From Escherichia coli (GTDB lineage: Bacteria > Pseudomonadota > Gammaproteobacteria > Enterobacterales > Enterobacteriaceae): a stretch of DNA of 64,000 nt. The stretch lies in the NCBI RefSeq assembly GCF_009931435.1, contig NZ_CP043414.1. One strand, given 5' to 3'. The notes beneath the pieces are model-generated. The model saw only the letters and a program-made list of their open reading frames with translations. It was not told the origin of the DNA and did not search any database. Below, in pieces: positions 63,347 to 64,000 of this stretch (the first letter of the stretch is position 1; every line of letters starts with the position of its first letter). Both the position numbers and the translations under genes were made by a program.

Positions 63347-64000
63347 TGTTTTTAGCATCATTGTTGAGACGTATTGCATTTAGTTACTACGATTATAAAG
63401 CTTATAATTTCAATATTGAAAAAACAGACTTTGTTGTCATCCATATTCCCGATCAGATTGGCGATGCTATGGCCATCTTTCCTGTTATTCGGGCGCTTGA
63501 ATTGCATAAAATTAAGCATCTATTAATTGTTACGTCGACAATTAATTTAGAAGTCTTTAATGTGCTCAAACTTGAACAGACTAAATTAACATTAGTCACA
63601 ATGACTATGCAGGATCACGCAACATTAAAAGAAATAAAAGATTTAGCGAAGAACATAACACAGCAATACGGTACGCCGGATCTTTGTATAGAGGCGATGC
63701 GTAAAAAGAACCTGAAAACGATGTTATTTATCAGTCAGTTGAAAGCAAAAACGAATTTTCAGGTTGTTGGTTTAACCATGAAGTGCTATTCCCCTGTGTG
63801 TAAGAACGCGTCCCGGATGGATCAGAATCTCCGGGCTCCCGTACCCATGACATGGGCATTTATGATTCGTGAGGCGGGTTTTCCAGCAGTCAGGCCAATA
63901 TATGAATTGCCACTAAGTGAGGATGTACTCGATGAGGTGCGCGAGGAAATGCGATCGTTAGGATCTTACATTGCGCTTAATTTAGAAGGTAGCTCGCAGG
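63347..64000 (+). CDS. YeeL-like glycosyltransferase family 9 protein, 3'-truncated by window edge
   Basis: Open frame from ATG at 63347 to window end without stop; expected synteny after shiA. Confidence 0.45.

Overview
Escherichia coli chromosomal window (his–cob–amn region, reverse-complemented relative to K-12 orientation). Conserved backbone: 3' end of wzzB, the complete histidine operon hisGDCBHAFI with its leader peptide hisL and attenuator, yefM-yoeB toxin-antitoxin, yeeZ, yeeY, plaP, yeeE, yeeD, sbcB, dacD, sbmC, yeeA (apparent frameshift), yeeX, then a ~28 kb CP4-44-like genomic island (about 19.3–47.2 kb), then cobUST, ldtA, three identical tRNA-Asn genes, nac, cbl, an IS-disrupted yeeO, yeeN, amn, shiA and the start of a yeeL-like gene. 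The island carries a CbtA/CbeA toxin-antitoxin module with yeeT, yeeS (RadC-like), an antirestriction gene and a DUF932 gene, a long YeeR-like membrane protein, antigen 43 (flu) with its GATC/OxyR phase-variation switch, yeeP, and DUF3987, AlpA-like and YagK/YfjJ-like genes, and is heavily colonised by mobile DNA. The most notable items are an IS629-like IS3-family element whose orfB is split by a 2.27 kb group II intron with recognisable domains V/VI and a reverse transcriptase/maturase ORF; an IS110-family element whose transposase has an in-frame amber stop, sitting between two paralogous zinc-ribbon genes and with an upstream non-coding region that could encode a bridge-RNA-like ncRNA; a junkyard of an ISL3 remnant, two different IS3-family orfA fragments and a complete IS30; and yeeO split by an IS1 that is itself split by IS100. 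No CRISPR array or rRNA was seen. All names are from reading the sequence and recalled family features; no database search was run.
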